Source: Hemiscyllium ocellatum (lineage: Eukaryota). Taken from it: a DNA stretch of 64,000 nt. Numbering within the stretch: position 1 is the first letter of the stretch; the number at the start of each line of letters is the position of its first letter. The notes under the pieces are model-generated. The model searched no databases and had not been told where the DNA came from. It was given only the letters and a program-made list of their open reading frames with translations. The stretch is from positions 36,084,001 to 36,148,000 of the forward strand of contig NC_083417.1 of NCBI RefSeq assembly GCF_020745735.1, written 5' to 3'. The position numbers were made by a program, and so were the translations under genes. Of the stretch, positions 39,370 to 53,378 are shown piece after piece.

Positions 39370-39620
39370 GGTTTCCAGATTTTTCTAGTGCATGAAGGGA
39401 GTTGGTGGAGTTGACACCAATAGCTATGAGAGACAGGAGGGATATTTTAAAATGCATTGAGTGGTTGGAGAAGGCTCATAGAAGCCATATTTGTGTGGTG
39501 GGAAATGATTCTGTTATGCAAAAATATGAGGAAAAAGCAGGCAATGTTTGTTGGAGAACTGATACAGACATGTGGGCCAAATGCTCTCCTTCTGTGTTAT
39601 AACAGTTCTGTGATTCTGAG
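39370..39620 (+). mobile_element. Decayed CR1 3' end
   Basis: tatgaggaaaaagcaggc...gacatgtgggccaaatgctctccttctgtgttataacagttctgtgattct. Confidence 0.55.
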
Positions 39621-41533
39621 ATGAAGTGTTGGGCATTCATTGACATCTTCATCAAAGTATTGACACAAGCTGCAGAAAAAGGCTCATTCATTGAACAAGG
39701 ATCATGGCATTAGTTCCAATATACTTCGTCAAACACTTGCACTGTTTTACAAGCCTTTTTATGTATCATTACCATTTGGTTGAAGAACCTGGGTGGCAGA
39801 AAAAGTCAGTTCTGATATCAGAACTTTTCCAAACATTCACCCACTTTGTTTACACAAAACCGTCAATTAACTAATTAACTGTGCATCCCACAAGGAACAG
39901 ACCATAAAACATAGAAGTTGGCAAAGCTATTCAGCCCATTAAGTTTGCTGAGCAACAATTACTAGCCTTCAAGCGTAACTAATTTAAAGGGAATTTGTCC
40001 AATCACTCTCCACCATGGCACTCCTGATCTCACAAGGGGCAAAACACTAGGCTTGGAATTCTGGGTCGTGACTACCTTCAAAATTAATGGCGAATAACTG
40101 GACATTAAAAGAATTAGATAAATAAACTGTTGAACTCTAAGGGATGAATATGTTTGAAGTGAACTTCAAGCAGAAGGTTTATTAAGATTGGGAATGCTTA
40201 TCAAATGTAATCTTAGTTTCTTATCCTTTTTGAAGAATTACAGTAACCTTACCATTTGCTGCTATTTCTTCAACTGCCCATGACACTATGTGCACAACTA
40301 ACCAAATTATTGTGTTTTTAAAATCAAAGGGAATATATCTGGGGAAGAGGTTAATTGTTCCAATAACTGTGCAGGTTGTTTCAGACACAGACTTGATGTG
40401 ATAGGTTGAGAAGAGAGTACTTAATGTGAAGGTTATCATTTGGTGACATGCACTAGCGCGAGTAAAGATAGGGGAATGGAACAAAAATGAAAATTATGTT
40501 TTTCTAGCAAATAAAAGGGAAGCCTGAGAATCTTGTGGAGGCAAATCTCAATGGTCCAATCTTTAATGGGATAACAATGTGAAATTGATATTGCATGTAA
40601 CTGGTGGAGATGGTTTCCACACTTTGAAATGATTTGATCTATGATGAAGGACAAAAGAGAGGCAAAAATGGACATTGGGCCACTGGAAAATGATGCTGGA
40701 GAGATCGTGGTGGGGATCAAGGAAATGGCTGAGGAACTGGATAATTACTTTGCATCAGTCTTCATGGTAGAAGACACAAGTAATATTCCAAAAATTCAAG
40801 ACAGTCAGGGAGCAGAGCTGAGTATGGTGCCCATCACCAAGGAGAAGGTGCTAAAAATCTGAATGGCCAGAAGGTGGATAAATAATCTGGACCAGGTGGA
40901 CTACATTCCAGAGTTCTAAAGAAGATAGCTGAAGACTTAGTGGAGGCATTAGTGATGATCTTTCAGGAATTGCTAGAGTCAGGGAAAGTCCCAGAGGACA
41001 GGAAAATTGCTAATATAACCTCCTGTTTACAAAAGAAGTATGCCAAAAGACGGAAAATTATAGACTGATTACCCTAACCTAATCTTGGTTGTGGGTAAGA
41101 TTTTGGAGTATATTGTGAAGTATGAGATTTCTGAATACTTGCAAATGTATGGTAAAATAGGGCAAAGTCAGCATGGTTTCATCAAAGAGAAGTTATGGTT
41201 GACAAAATTATTGCAATTCTTTGAAGAAGTAACGAGCAGGTTAGACCAAGGAGAGGCAATGAATGTTATCTCCCTGGACTTCCAGAAGGCCATTGACAAG
41301 GTACTGCACAAGTGTAAGATAAGGGCCCATGGGGTTAGAGACAAGGTGCTAGCATGGATAGAAGCTTGGTTGTCTGGCAGAAAGCAGAGAGTGGGGATAA
41401 AAGGATCCTTCTCAGAATGGCAAGTGTTGTTCTGCAAGGTTTAATGTTGGGACCACAACTTTTCACTTTATACATCAACGATCTCGATGAAGGAACTGAG
41501 GGCATTCTGGTTAAGTTTGCAGATGATACAAAG

Positions 41534-41861
41534 TTAGACTTAGACTTAGACTTAGACTTAGACTTACAGTGTGGAAACAGGCCCTTCGGCCCAACAAGTC
41601 CACAGCAAACCGCCGAAGCGAAACCCACCCATACCCCTACATTTACCCCTTACCTAACACTATGGGCAATTTAGCATGGCCAATTCACCTGACACGCACA
41701 TCTTTGGATTGTGGGAGGAAACCGGAGCACCCGGAGGAAACCCACGCAGACACGGGGAGAACGTGCAAACTCCACACAGTCGGTCGCCTGAGTCGGGAAT
41801 TGAACCCGGGTCTCAGGCGCTGTGAGGCAGCAGTGCTAACCACTGTGCCACCGTGCTGCCC
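41534..41861 (-). mobile_element. Young HE1/V-SINE-like SINE inserted right after the CR1 FADD motif
   Basis: CpG-rich full-length copy with a (TAAGTC)n tail. Confidence 0.95.
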
Positions 41862-42635
41862 ACAAGAGCGGTGGAGGGTTAGGTGGAGGGACAGGTAATA
41901 TTGAGGAGGGGGGAAGCTGCAGAAGGATTTGGACAAGTTCAGAGAGTGGACAAAGAAGTGGCAGATGGAGTATAATGTGGGAAAGTGTGAAGTCATACAC
42001 TAATGTAGAAATAATAGAGTTTTAGTCTAAGATTCTCACAAGGTAAACTTGCAGGTTGAGTCAGTAGTTAGGAAGGCAAATGCAATGATGGCATTTATTT
42101 TGAAAGGACTTGAATATAAAAGCAGGGATGTGCTTCCGAGGCTCTGGTCAGACCATATTTGGAGTATTGTGCTCAGTTTTTGGCCCTATATATTAGGAAG
42201 GATGTATTGGCCCTGGAGCGGATTCAGAGGAGGTTCACGAGAATGGTCCCAGGAATGAAAAGCTTAACATATGAGGAACGTTTGCAGATTCTGGATCTAT
42301 ACTTGATGGAGTTTAGAAAGATGAGAGAGGATCTAATTGAAAGTTAACAAATACTGATGGTCTGGACAGAGTAAATGTTGGGAAGAAGTTTCTATTGGTG
42401 GGAGATACAAGGACCTGAGTTCACAGCCTGAGAGTAAAGGGAAGAACTTTTAGAGCAGAAATAAGGAGAAACTTCTTCAACCAGAGAACAGTGAATCTAT
42501 GGAATTCATTGCCACAGAAGGCTGTGGAGACCAGGTCATTGAGTATATTTATGACTGAGATAGATGAGTTCTTGTTTGTCAAGGGGATCAAGGGTTATGG
42601 GAGAAAGCAGGAGAATAAGGTTGAAAACTTATCAG

Positions 42636-42756
42636 AGTTGAGAGTGTGGTGCTAGGAAAGCACAGCAGGAGACGTCCGACAGCAGGAGAATCAATGGTTC
42701 GGGCATGAGCCTTTCATCAACTCTGATTTCCAGCACCAGCAGTCCTCACCTTCTCC
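42636..42756. mobile_element. Short inverted PLE pLTR insertion (subfamily A) in the CR1 3' UTR
   Basis: Inverted segment ends at the hammerhead (gggcatgagcctttcatca) and joins the forward tip actctgatttccagcaccagcagtcctcaccttctcc. Host sequence is duplicated: gaaaacttatcag / gagaaatgatcag. Confidence 0.8.
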
Positions 42757-43137
42757 CAGAGAAATGATCAGCCATAATTGAATGGCTGAGCAGACTCAAT
42801 GGGCTGAATGGCCTAATTTCTGCTCCTATACCTTATGGTCTTATGGTCTAACTAAATCGGGGCAACCTTGTTCAGCATGAGTTAGTTGCAATAGCCAACA
42901 ATTTCTGGGTACTGACGGGAATTCATCCTCCTTAAGGTTCCTTCCAGTTAGACCACATGAGGGAACTTCAGACGTCAACCTGGCATCCTTTATTGCTACT
43001 GACAGCATTTATTTTCTATCTAATTGACTAGAGGGCAACCAAAATCAATCTACAGCAAGCCACAACCAGGAGAGGCTAGCAAATATGCTCCTCTAAAGGG
43101 TACTACTGAGTCTGATGGGGTTTTATTGTAGATTTTG

Positions 43138-43498
43138 TGAATGTGTGTGCGTGTGTGCGCGCGGCGCGTGCACGCGTGCATGTGTCTGTGTTTGTGTGTG
43201 TATGCACATGTTTGTTTAAGTGTGTGCACTTATTTGTATGTGTCTGTGTTTGTGTCTGTATGCATATATGTGTTTGTGTTTGTGTGTATGTGCGTTCGCA
43301 TGTGTTTGTGTGTGCTCGCGTGTTTGTGTTTGTATGTGTGTGTTTGTGTGTGTCCGTGTTTGTGTATGCGTGTGCTCACGTGTTTGAGTGTGCGTGTGTT
43401 TGTGTTTGTGTCTGTTTGTGCTTGTGTGCGTGTGTTTGTGTGTGTGTTTGTGTGTGTGTTTGTGTGTATGTGTGTGTGTGTGTGTGTGCGTGTGAGTG
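43138..43498. repeat. Degenerate (TG)n / (TGTGTT)n microsatellite
   Basis: Direct inspection. Confidence 0.97.
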
Positions 43499-43574
43499 AG
43501 AGCAGCACTGTTAAGTGCTGTTGTTCAAAAGCTATCCATAGCTACAAGGGATCCTCTCCCTGAGTACTGGAAGA

Positions 43575-43878
43575 TTTATTTTTATTAACCCATGTGATGT
43601 GGGTTAATGTCCAGAGGTCAGTTAAGAGTCAATCATATGTGGGCTGTGGGTCTGGAGTCACATATGGTCAGACCAGGTAAGGACAGCTGTTACATTCCTT
43701 AAAAGACATTAATGAATCAGACTTTTTTTCCCCCCAATGATAGTTCCACAGTCTGGATTTTTATTGAATTTAAATTTTAGCATCTGCCATGGTAGGATTT
43801 AAACCCAGGTCCCCAGAATGTTAGCTAGTTGTCAGGATTAATAGCTGACTGATAAAACCATCACAACAATGCCTTCCT
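43575..43878 (-). mobile_element. tRNA-derived SINE, second family (decayed)
   Basis: Reverse complement is collinear with 13546-13892 (ctggggacctgggtttaaatcctaccatggcagatg; tgtgactccagacccacagc). Confidence 0.8.
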
Positions 43879-45559
43879 TATCTACTGTCTAGAAGGGAGT
43901 ATCCTTCTCAACTCATCATCGACCCTTGCAGTCCATTTAGTGGCCATCAAGTTTCATCAGGCGATCTCTCTACAGGGTGGTGGGTCTCCTGATGTGAGTA
44001 CATTTCTTGCAGAGCCTGTGGAGAAGTAGCCCTAAGTTAGTCACTTGTAACACATTTGGCCTTTTGGCTGGCAGCTAAGCCACCATCTCTCCTTTCCCTG
44101 GCAAATGGCATGTTGACAGGAAGACAATGGATGCCTTGTCTGTTTGCCAACTTCCTGTTAGGACTGCATTTTCCAGGACCTTTAGGAAATCTGAGCATTT
44201 CATGAAAATAGTGGAATGTGTACAGGGAAGGAATTAAAAACTTTGATTCTGATTCAACTAAGATTCCAGGAATGTTAACAGCTACCCAAGAGTTTGGCAG
44301 GTCAACTGCTACATCACAAAATGCAAAGGTGCAGACATTATGCAATGATTCCTGGTAATTCCTAATCTCTGTTGAATATTACCTGGTGACAAGGAGCAGG
44401 TAATAGCTACAGGAATGAAAAGATGATTTAAGGGCATGCTGTGGGCTACTCTTGAACAATCTTTGGCATTGCTTACATATGAAGCTATTGCAAACATTAC
44501 TGGTAAATTGCCTAATCCATCTATGATAATAATAAGACCTAGAAGGAGAGAAACAAGAAAAAAAACTGAGAGAGAACAAAAGGGCTTCATTTCCAGGTGA
44601 AATCTATAATGCAACCTTGCTCAATTCTTCCCATGTGGCGGGAGAAGATCTAAAATTATTTAAAAGCTTTTGCAGTAATGTTTTACTGAAAGTATAATTT
44701 CCTGTATCTTTTTGGTCAAACATCAAGGCACTGAAAATAACTAAATCTTTCACTTTTAATTAAGTTAATTTTACAGAAGGGTAGGTCCCTGGATGACAAT
44801 TTTTTTATGTTTTCATTTTTCTTATCCTATTCATAGCTAGAAAAGGCGAGTGATGAGTGGGAATCCTGTCTACTTAGGTTTATGAAGTTTTCTGTCTGAA
44901 AGTAAATCGAGGGAAAGCAATATCTACAGAGCTTTTAATAGCATGATGGGTTTTAAAATGTATTGTCATATGAATCATTGATCAAATGAAATGGCACTGA
45001 TGGAAGCAGGGTAGCTAAATGTAGACAGAAGAAAGTATTAAACTCCCAGTACATGAAAGGTTGGCAGACACTCATTTGTCAAAGTTTTATCTGATTTTAG
45101 ATCTACTAGATTGATCAGTCACAATTTAGAAACAAAGTGATCTGGGTTTTATTCGATTTTCAGGTGTTATTTCTGTACTCTCTTGGTAAAATCTTTGCTC
45201 CAAACCTTGCACATTTAAAGGTACACTTTAAACATTAATTTAAACTTAGAGAAGGTATTTGATGTGAAGACATTATAAGATCTGGTGATGCATATTTTGA
45301 AAATGCAGAGCACTCCACACAGCAATTGTAAACAGATTATTGATGAAAAAGCAACCTGCTTCACTAGTAAGTGGGCAGTAATCAGTTAAAGCCCCACTTT
45401 CTTAGAACACAGCTTGAATTTCAAGCATAGTAACACAAAGATATTATCTTTTAATGACTGTAATGAATGACCCACTATTCCACAGTGGAATAAGGGTCTA
45501 AAGATTTAAGAACAGGTGACAGTTCTCTATCCACTATCCATGCATCAAATCATTCATTC

Positions 45560-45775
45560 TCACCTTACTAAAACTGTTTGGGAGCCATACTCACAGCTTT
45601 TTGATTGAGAAGAACCATTGGACAGGCTATTGAGTTATGAGGGTGTCAAGGTTTATGGAGGTAGCCAGGCAAGTGGAGATGAGCAACAATCAGATCAGCC
45701 ATAATTTTATTGAATAGCAGAGGAAGCTCAAGGAACTATTTAGCCTACCCCTGCTCGCTTTTCCAATGTTCTTAT
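45560..45775 (+). mobile_element. Decayed CR1 3' end
   Basis: gtcaaggtttatggag...cagatcagccataattttattgaatagcagaggaagctcaagg. Confidence 0.6.
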
Positions 45776-45822
45776 TTTAAAGAAGATATTTATTTACAGA
45801 GTCTTGTTGATAATCTGGTGGA

Positions 45823-45932
45823 AGGCGAAAGTCTGATTCCTGATGAAGGGCTCATGCCTGAAACATCGATTTTCCTGCTCCTTGGATGCTGCCTGACTTA
45901 CTGTGCTTTTCCAGCACCATTCTATACTTGAC
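45823..45932. mobile_element. Short inverted PLE pLTR insertion (subfamily A) with a plus-strand hammerhead motif
   Basis: A 10-nt tip aggcgaaagt, then attcCTGATGAagggctcatgcctGAAACATCgatt. TSD gataatctggtgga (45809-45822) / gacaatctggcgga (45933-45946). Confidence 0.85.
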
Positions 45933-48900
45933 GACAATCTGGCGGAGCCAGTTGTTTGCCTGGTATAGAACCTTCTGATTTATTTCCTTTGAAACCAATG
46001 GATTGAAATTCACGAGTTTTTTAAAACAGTTTGGCAATCATGCCACCAGACTGCAACCCATTGTGAAGACAAAAATCCCAATAGTTCATGTACAAAATTT
46101 AGCCATGTTTATATTACTTGATAAGCAATTGCGCAGTATACTTTTCAGGTAATATGCTGTCAAATTCTGATGGAATTAAATAATTGTTTTGACATGTTTT
46201 GATTTTAAAATAGCAATACACACAAAATAAAATTTGTTTAATATATATTTTAATCATAGGCAATAAGTAAGATTAATCATTTTTTTACACATCAAGTAAG
46301 TAATGATTTTAAAACTGTCTTTATGCTTATCAGTCTTTTAAATGCACATTATCTTTAAAACATTTCCCTTATGCATCCATGATGATAATTTATCTGATTT
46401 ATACCAGATTTAGGTATTGTGCATTTTCTTCATTAAATCAAATTTAGAATTTGCTATCTTAGACTACTTTATTATAATTGAAGCATCAATTCAAACATCT
46501 CAACATCTTATAAGCTTTATAAGATCCAACATGCATTTTTGAAGTAATGAAAAAAGTAATAAAAATACAAATAAAGCAGTTACTGTTACACTGTGCTGAT
46601 TTAGGTGCTGTCAGTAATACAAAGTCAGTGAGGATGAAACTTTAGAACAGTTTTAGGTGCATTCCATTACGTCCACCTCTGATAACTCTTAATATTATTA
46701 ATGTGGCTCAATTTCAAATGATCTACTTCTTGTGTGACTTATTATTGGAACTTGAATGTTCAAGTGGTAGTTCAAATATGAATACAGATAATTTCACCTG
46801 TCTAACATAACAGAAAACAAAAGCTGAAAATTGATCAGGAAGGTGTTGCTAAAATTTCTATAGAAAGAAATCAAGTTTGTTGACAACAATCTACAAAGCC
46901 TAATTAAATTGTTGCATTCATCATAATCATAAAGCATAACCAAACTCTAATCAGAAAAGTGAAACATGAAGGATAGATCAACGAGTGTTCAAATATTATT
47001 ATCTACTGGTATTAATGATTGATTTTGTACTCTTATCATATAAACCACTGTTTCAGGATACAACTATAAATTCTGTTGCCTTTAAATTGGTGAAAATGTA
47101 TCTGCAGTTGTTTAATTACCTCTGAAGTGACTCCTCAATGTTCCTTTTAGTGTTTGATGACTAGGTAGTGATAAATGCAAAAACTCATTATTTTGTAAAT
47201 GATTGAGCACTAATGCTGTTTAGTTTTCTTAATATAGTTGTATTATCATGAATAAGTAATGGGTATGCCAGAATTTCTGAATATTTGATTATACCTTTTT
47301 GAATGAATTTGTGTCTTATTTTCTTGCAATATCATTGTAGGTTTGTTGGTGTCACAATTCCACACCTTTATAAAGGATCTTTATCACTTTGTCTTAACCA
47401 AATAACCTTTTGAGGTCAGATTTCCAAGTGATGTATTCCAAGAGGGTTATCTTAATGCCACAAAAACTTGACAAAGAATATCACATTAAAGGGATCATTT
47501 CATTAATTTTAATGCAGTCTATCTTAGGACTTCCTTACAATTTTAGTGAAAGGTATATTTATGTTATTTGAACTGATATTGAGGAGGACCTACCTTACAT
47601 ATGGAACAAGTTTCCTTCATACACACCATTTTCTAATGCAAAGGAAGAAGTTACTCCTGACACGTCTTAATAATTCAGCCAGACAATTACCACAGGACCA
47701 ATTGTCCTAACCAGTCCTAGAAATAGTTTTTATTCTTATCTAAATGTTAAATAGAAATGTTTCCTTTTTGGCATAATACTTTAAAACAAAGAATAAGTTT
47801 TTCCATTGTGGGTCAGGACCTAAACCTCAGGATCAATTGTAGGTTCACATTCTGAATCACACTGGGAGCAGTCACCTGGACACAGAGCTTGGCTGGTTTG
47901 GCCAATTTATGGCCAGAAGGGTGATTTGCCATCCAGTTAAGGATGGTGAGTTGGCTCACAATGCTGGAGGACCAATTGGAGACCCTCTAGACATGAAGGA
48001 TCTGTAACTCGTCTTTCCAGGTATATAGTTCTTAATAAATCTTCTCAGTACATTTTTAGTATTTGAAACACAAGAAATAGCCACAGTTACAGGACTGCTA
48101 TTGTTTTGCTGAACAATCTTTGTCTAGCATTTCAGCCATGTAACTGGAATGCAGGGAGTTGGAGAGACACATTCAATAATACCCAGGAGCACTGGCTCCT
48201 TGTCTGCTATTTGAAGGCCAGGCATTTGCTGTGGACCTGATTCCATTTGGTCCCACATTCCAATGGAAAATGTGTGTTAGCTTCTGATCATTGACTTAAA
48301 TTGGCCTCTTTATTGACTTAACTGGGTAACTATTGTTTGTGGGACACTGGCCAACAACATAAAATTATACATTTGCTGACTATGACTTATGCCCCTATCA
48401 GCCTACACAACCTGCACAAATTATCAATTGGCAAGTAACCAAAGTAGTCTAACTAAAGCTAATTTAACCATTTTGCAAACCACATAATCCATGAGAGCCT
48501 GTTATAAAGTTAAGATTAGATACTGGTGACTATGAATGCAAAAAAATTAAATTATAATATTTTACATTATATTAGTTAGATAGCACGGTTAATAAAAGCA
48601 GCTATTTCACATCTGTTTTAATATGTTTGAGCAGGGCCAAGACGATTCCTTTTAATATCAGTGACAATGAATGGAAATTCCCATCCAATCATTACCAACT
48701 ATATTTTTCAGGCATATTTTGTAAAATGTAACTTTACAGTCAACACGTGAGGAATAAATACTTATATGCCATATATTACATTTTGAAGTAACTTTGAAAG
48801 TTATTCTCATTAGCATTTAGTCAAAATTGAAGAAATTTTTACAAGTATTCTGACAATCATGAGACTGCTGAGATTAATAATTCACTTGCTAATGCAGTTT

Positions 48901-50164
48901 ACTGATAATAACTTATGAGACTGTTACACTGCTGATACTGGTTTCAGATCTAGTTACATTCTCACCTCTACATTACTGTTTGGTTGGGAAGCAGTACTCT
49001 GCAAATGTATACTTTGAGGTACGAACATTCACGTCCAAATACAATGGACAAATTAAAGCTCACTTCACACTATTTACAGATGTCCTGCGGCTAACGTGAC
49101 CTGGAAGTGATATCAGTTCACCTTCCTAAGGTAGAATCTAGATTGGATCTGTCAAAGTGGTCGTCCAAGTTCTAATGGAAGTTGATATAGCTAACACATC
49201 AAAACAACACAAGAATTCTTGGCAGGTCTTTAAGCAATCAATCACTAAAGAATTTTGAAATATTCAAGTAAGACACAGGCCAGAATCTTATACAGGTCTC
49301 TTTTGTGAGGGGGGAAGCTGTATTTGTAAGGTAGGAAACACAGTTAAGCTGGTGTTGGAATGGATAATGTGGGAGGGTAATTCATTCATAATCAGGAGCA
49401 TCCTGGCTTCACAGACGGTCACTATATGACCACATTTGGTAAGGGCAATTCTTATGCCAGGGGCAGGGTGGATGGGTGGCAGGTGCAGGTTCATGTCAAT
49501 GAGTTAGTTGTAGACCTGAGGAGGAGCAATGCCTATTAGTTCACAGGAAGGGCAAGGTGGAAAGAGATCTGGATATTTGGGACTCGCCAAACTTAGAATT
49601 GGAGGCTGGAAGCAACTGGCTGAAGAGTGTTCACATTGACCTTCCATCATGCTGTAAATCGAACTTGTGCAATGGTAAAGAAATGGTTGTGCTCATAGTA
49701 GGAGTGGGTGGGGTCAGTGCCTTGACCTGTGGGTGAGGGGCCTGTAAGAGCCCTTTCCAGGAAAAGAAACATTACCCAAGCAGTGTACAGGACACAGACC
49801 TGCAAGCTCCCTAATCTCTGATGATTCTAATGCATTGAGTCCCTGTGAGCTGTATACCTTCCTACCCCACACATTGCTGACTACTTCATTTACACTGAGG
49901 CCAAGGCAAAATAAGGATGTTTGACCAAAAGGGTGCTATTAGAACCCATCACCCTATAAAACTCTTATTCATCTTGTTTCCACATGTTGCAACGGAGTTT
50001 CAATGTAGACTCCTTTATGAACATGGAGCTAAACATCATGCTAGTATAGTTACATTTGGTCCTTGAGAGACTCAAACAAACAGACGTATAATAAAACCAA
50101 TCGACATTATGCAAATGTGATGCATTATAAACAGTGCAATGCTACCTGTCTAACCAAAGTGATG

Positions 50165-51315
50165 TAGAAACAGAAAATAAAAGCAGGAGTAGGCCATTTG
50201 ACCCTTTGAATCTACTTTGCCATTCATCATAGCTGATTATCCAACTCCTATTTCTTTTACTTCATATCCTTTGACTCCTTTAACCTCAATGCTATTTCCA
50301 CCTCTTCATTGAAATAAGAGAATGGTTTAGCCTCAATTACTTTCTATAGCTATGAATTCCACAAGCTAACCACTCTTCGGGTGATGAAATTTCTCCTCAT
50401 TTCAGTCCTAAATAGTTTACTCTGTGACCCCTGATTCTGGACTCCAGGGCCATCAGAAACATCCTCCTTGCAAGTACTATGTCTTATCCTGTTAGAATTT
50501 AATAGATTTCAAAGAGATTCCTCCTAACTCTACTGAAATCCAGCAAATATAATCTTAATGATTTGTCATCTCCTCTTATATCAGTCTTGCCATTCCAGGA
50601 ATCAATCTGGAAAATTATCACTCCACTGTTGCTACATCAAGAATATCCTTCCTCAGACATGGAGACCAAAACTACATACAATATTCCAGATAGGTATCAT
50701 TCAAAGCCCTGTATGTTTGCCATAGGGCATCACTGCACCCGTACTCAAATCCTTTAGCTACGAAGGCCAACTCACATTTGTTTTCTTCATCGCTACTGCA
50801 CCTACATGCTAACCTTCACAAAATGATGTCCAAGGACACCTAAGTCTTATTGTACATTCCCCCCTCTCAGGGGAATAGCTGAATATAGCTATTCAGATAA
50901 TAATTGACCTTCCTGTTTTTGCTACTGAAATGGATAACCTCAGATTTATTCATATTATACTGCGAGGAGAAAGTGAGGTCTGCAGATGCTGGAGATCAGA
51001 GCTGAAAACGTGTTGCTGGAAAAGCGCAGCAGGTCAGGCAGCATCCAACGAACAGGAAATTCGACATTTCGGGCATAAGCCCTTCATCAGGCTTATGCCC
51101 GAAACGTCGAATTTCCTGTTCCTTGCAACACATTTTCAGCTCATATTATACTGCATCAGCCATTTGGCTATTCACTCAACTCATCCAAACCATACTGAAG
51201 CATCTCCGCATCCTCCACACAGCCTGCATCCAATTTTTTTTCATCTGTGAATTTGGATATATTGTGTTTAGTTCCCAAATTCAAATCTTTATTATATGTT
51301 GTGAATAGCTGGGGT
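50165..51315 (-). mobile_element. Decayed CR1 3' fragment with a nested mini-PLE
   Basis: 3' tail agcaggagtaggccatt; atatccttcctcagacatggagaccaaaactacatacaatattccag encodes LEYCM*FWSPCLRKDI on the minus strand. Confidence 0.85.
50964..51140. mobile_element. 177-bp fold-back PLE pLTR element with a perfect 14-bp TSD
   Basis: TSD tcatattatactgc (50950-50963 / 51141-51154). Left arm runs to ccttcatcag; the inverted arm is in two blocks. Confidence 0.93.
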
Positions 51316-53378
51316 ACATTCATTTTTCAAAAACGCATTTTTTAAAGGTGCAATGTTACCAATATTAAGAAATGAAATTTCTTCGCAAGTTCTATACCAT
51401 TCACAAGTCTGAACTATTTACTCCTTCATTAAAACTGAACCTCAATTTTAGCCTAAAGAGTCTACTGTTATCCAGTCACCTTTTTCAAATAATTAATTTG
51501 AGGATGCACTTCATTTGTAATAGTGTTCATTTTATTTTTCAGCAGTCAAATTTATCTTTAATTTAACAGGACCTGCACTATGGACTCAAATGTGGTCTAC
51601 TTTAATATTGATGTAATGCCAATCAATAGGAAATGTTGTTCAGTCTGGAAAAGTTGGTTTCTCCAAGTGATTCACTACTCTGAAGATAGAAGAGCTCATT
51701 ATCACTCACGGTTGTAAACTCTTCTTTCTGCTTGGAAGCTGAATGGAGAGCAGAGGACAGAAATCTGCTGTTTCTTCTTTTCATTGAAAATATCATTCCA
51801 GCAAGTTTTGGTGAGAGCTAGAAATGATGTACCCTCCCTATCAGATTTTTCCTTAGATGCTCCACTCAGACAATTTTTCCTGCCAGAGTGGAGAAGGAAA
51901 TAATCTGCCCAAGGTTGGCAGACTGGTCAAAAACATTTGAAACTCACTTGATTAAAGGAAGTAAATTTCAAGGCATGGGCAACCATGAGATTTCAATCTT
52001 CATTGATGGAAGTAAGCAATTAATTAGTTGAAGAGTCTCAAGAAGATGAACAGAAATCATCTATCCATTGTGACTACGTCGTGTTAGGAAAGAATGGGAC
52101 AATACAGAGAGTGAGCTCAATTATATTGAGATGAATACTGGCATGCTCGTTATTACCTACTTAAAGGCTTTCACAAATGCTAAGTCTTGCATTGTACAAA
52201 TGAAGCAAAATGCATTTAAAATTTTTACAGAATGTAGCAGTTTTCAGCTTACACAACAATTTATACTGGCAATATGAGGAATTCTTTGCATTGCTGTCAT
52301 CTGACAAATCTCATGTTATGATGGAATCCAATAACAGCAAGTAATCTTTCAGCAAATATCAATACTTTAGAAATATTCGATAAAATACAGAAAGAAAATT
52401 TGGACACAACTTTGGTGGCAATTTGGTCAATCATCATTTCCTGAACAAGGAAGAGTGAGGAATTGATCTTCTTCTTCTGATTTGGTTTCACAGTGGGAGT
52501 CAGTGTAAGGAGCATGAGCAGAACCGTACAGTTCAAATCCATTTTCCTGCACACTCACCTTTTACTTTTTGCATGTTTTTCCTATCCTAGATGCCCTGAA
52601 CTTGAAAAATCAGAGGATTGGAGTTGGAGTGTGAAGCATCCTTCAGCTGCGTGGCGTGGCTTCACCTTATCTTTTGAGCAGACCTGATCTACACATAGCA
52701 TCATTATTAATAATGGTAGAGGAATGCACCACACCCCTCAGATAATTAGCTTATTGCCCAAAGTGGATACAATTGCAGGAACAACATCATACTGCTACAG
52801 CACATGGAAGGTGGGGGAAGTACCAGTAAAAGATGTCAGAGGATCAGATCCAATAAAAGGGAGAGAGAATTTAGTTTTCCATGCTGCACATAAGGGAGGT
52901 ACGGGAAGCACACAATTTTACTTACTGTCAGGCCATTTTGATGTTAGGATATGCAACTGTGAAAGAAGTTTATGTACTCCAGCAAAGTCCTCGAATTAAA
53001 AACCATTAGCATTATCATGGTTTGCTACTGCTTGCAAATAATCCTGATTCCTCACAAAACATGGTGCCCATTCACAGGAGAAAGTGCTTCCCTCCCCTGG
53101 CATATTTGATCTGATAATGCTTCATTGTACCGCAAGAGTACTCTCCTCAATGATACAGCTGAAGACCCATTTTCACTTTTAATAGTCAAAACAGCGCACA
53201 ATTTTCCATTCCTGAATATAGAACACCCAGTATCATTTGTGCCATTAGATGAACCACAGTGGTCTGAATCTTATTGGAGTCATTACATACTGTCATTGGG
53301 GTGAAAAGTGGGGCTTAAGCTCACACTTTCCAAGACAGGGACCACCTTGGCAATGTTGCCACAGTTAACCTTATTTGT

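Larger units (their letters stand above)
40640..42850 (+). mobile_element. CR1 LINE, 5'-truncated, with nested SINE and mini-PLE
   Basis: [25 protein letters not shown]...KFADDTK, and 3' tail gggctgaatggcctaatttctgctcctata(cttatggt)n. Confidence 0.95.

Noticed and set aside
43137-43563. Cys/Val-rich and His/Thr-rich ORFs
   Set aside because: Translations of the (TG)n microsatellite.
52559-52687. Splice-like signals on both strands (plus-strand acceptor at 52590, minus-strand donor at 52558)
   Set aside because: The minus-strand candidate has stops in all frames and the plus-strand peptide is unrecognisable; cannot be supported without RNA data.
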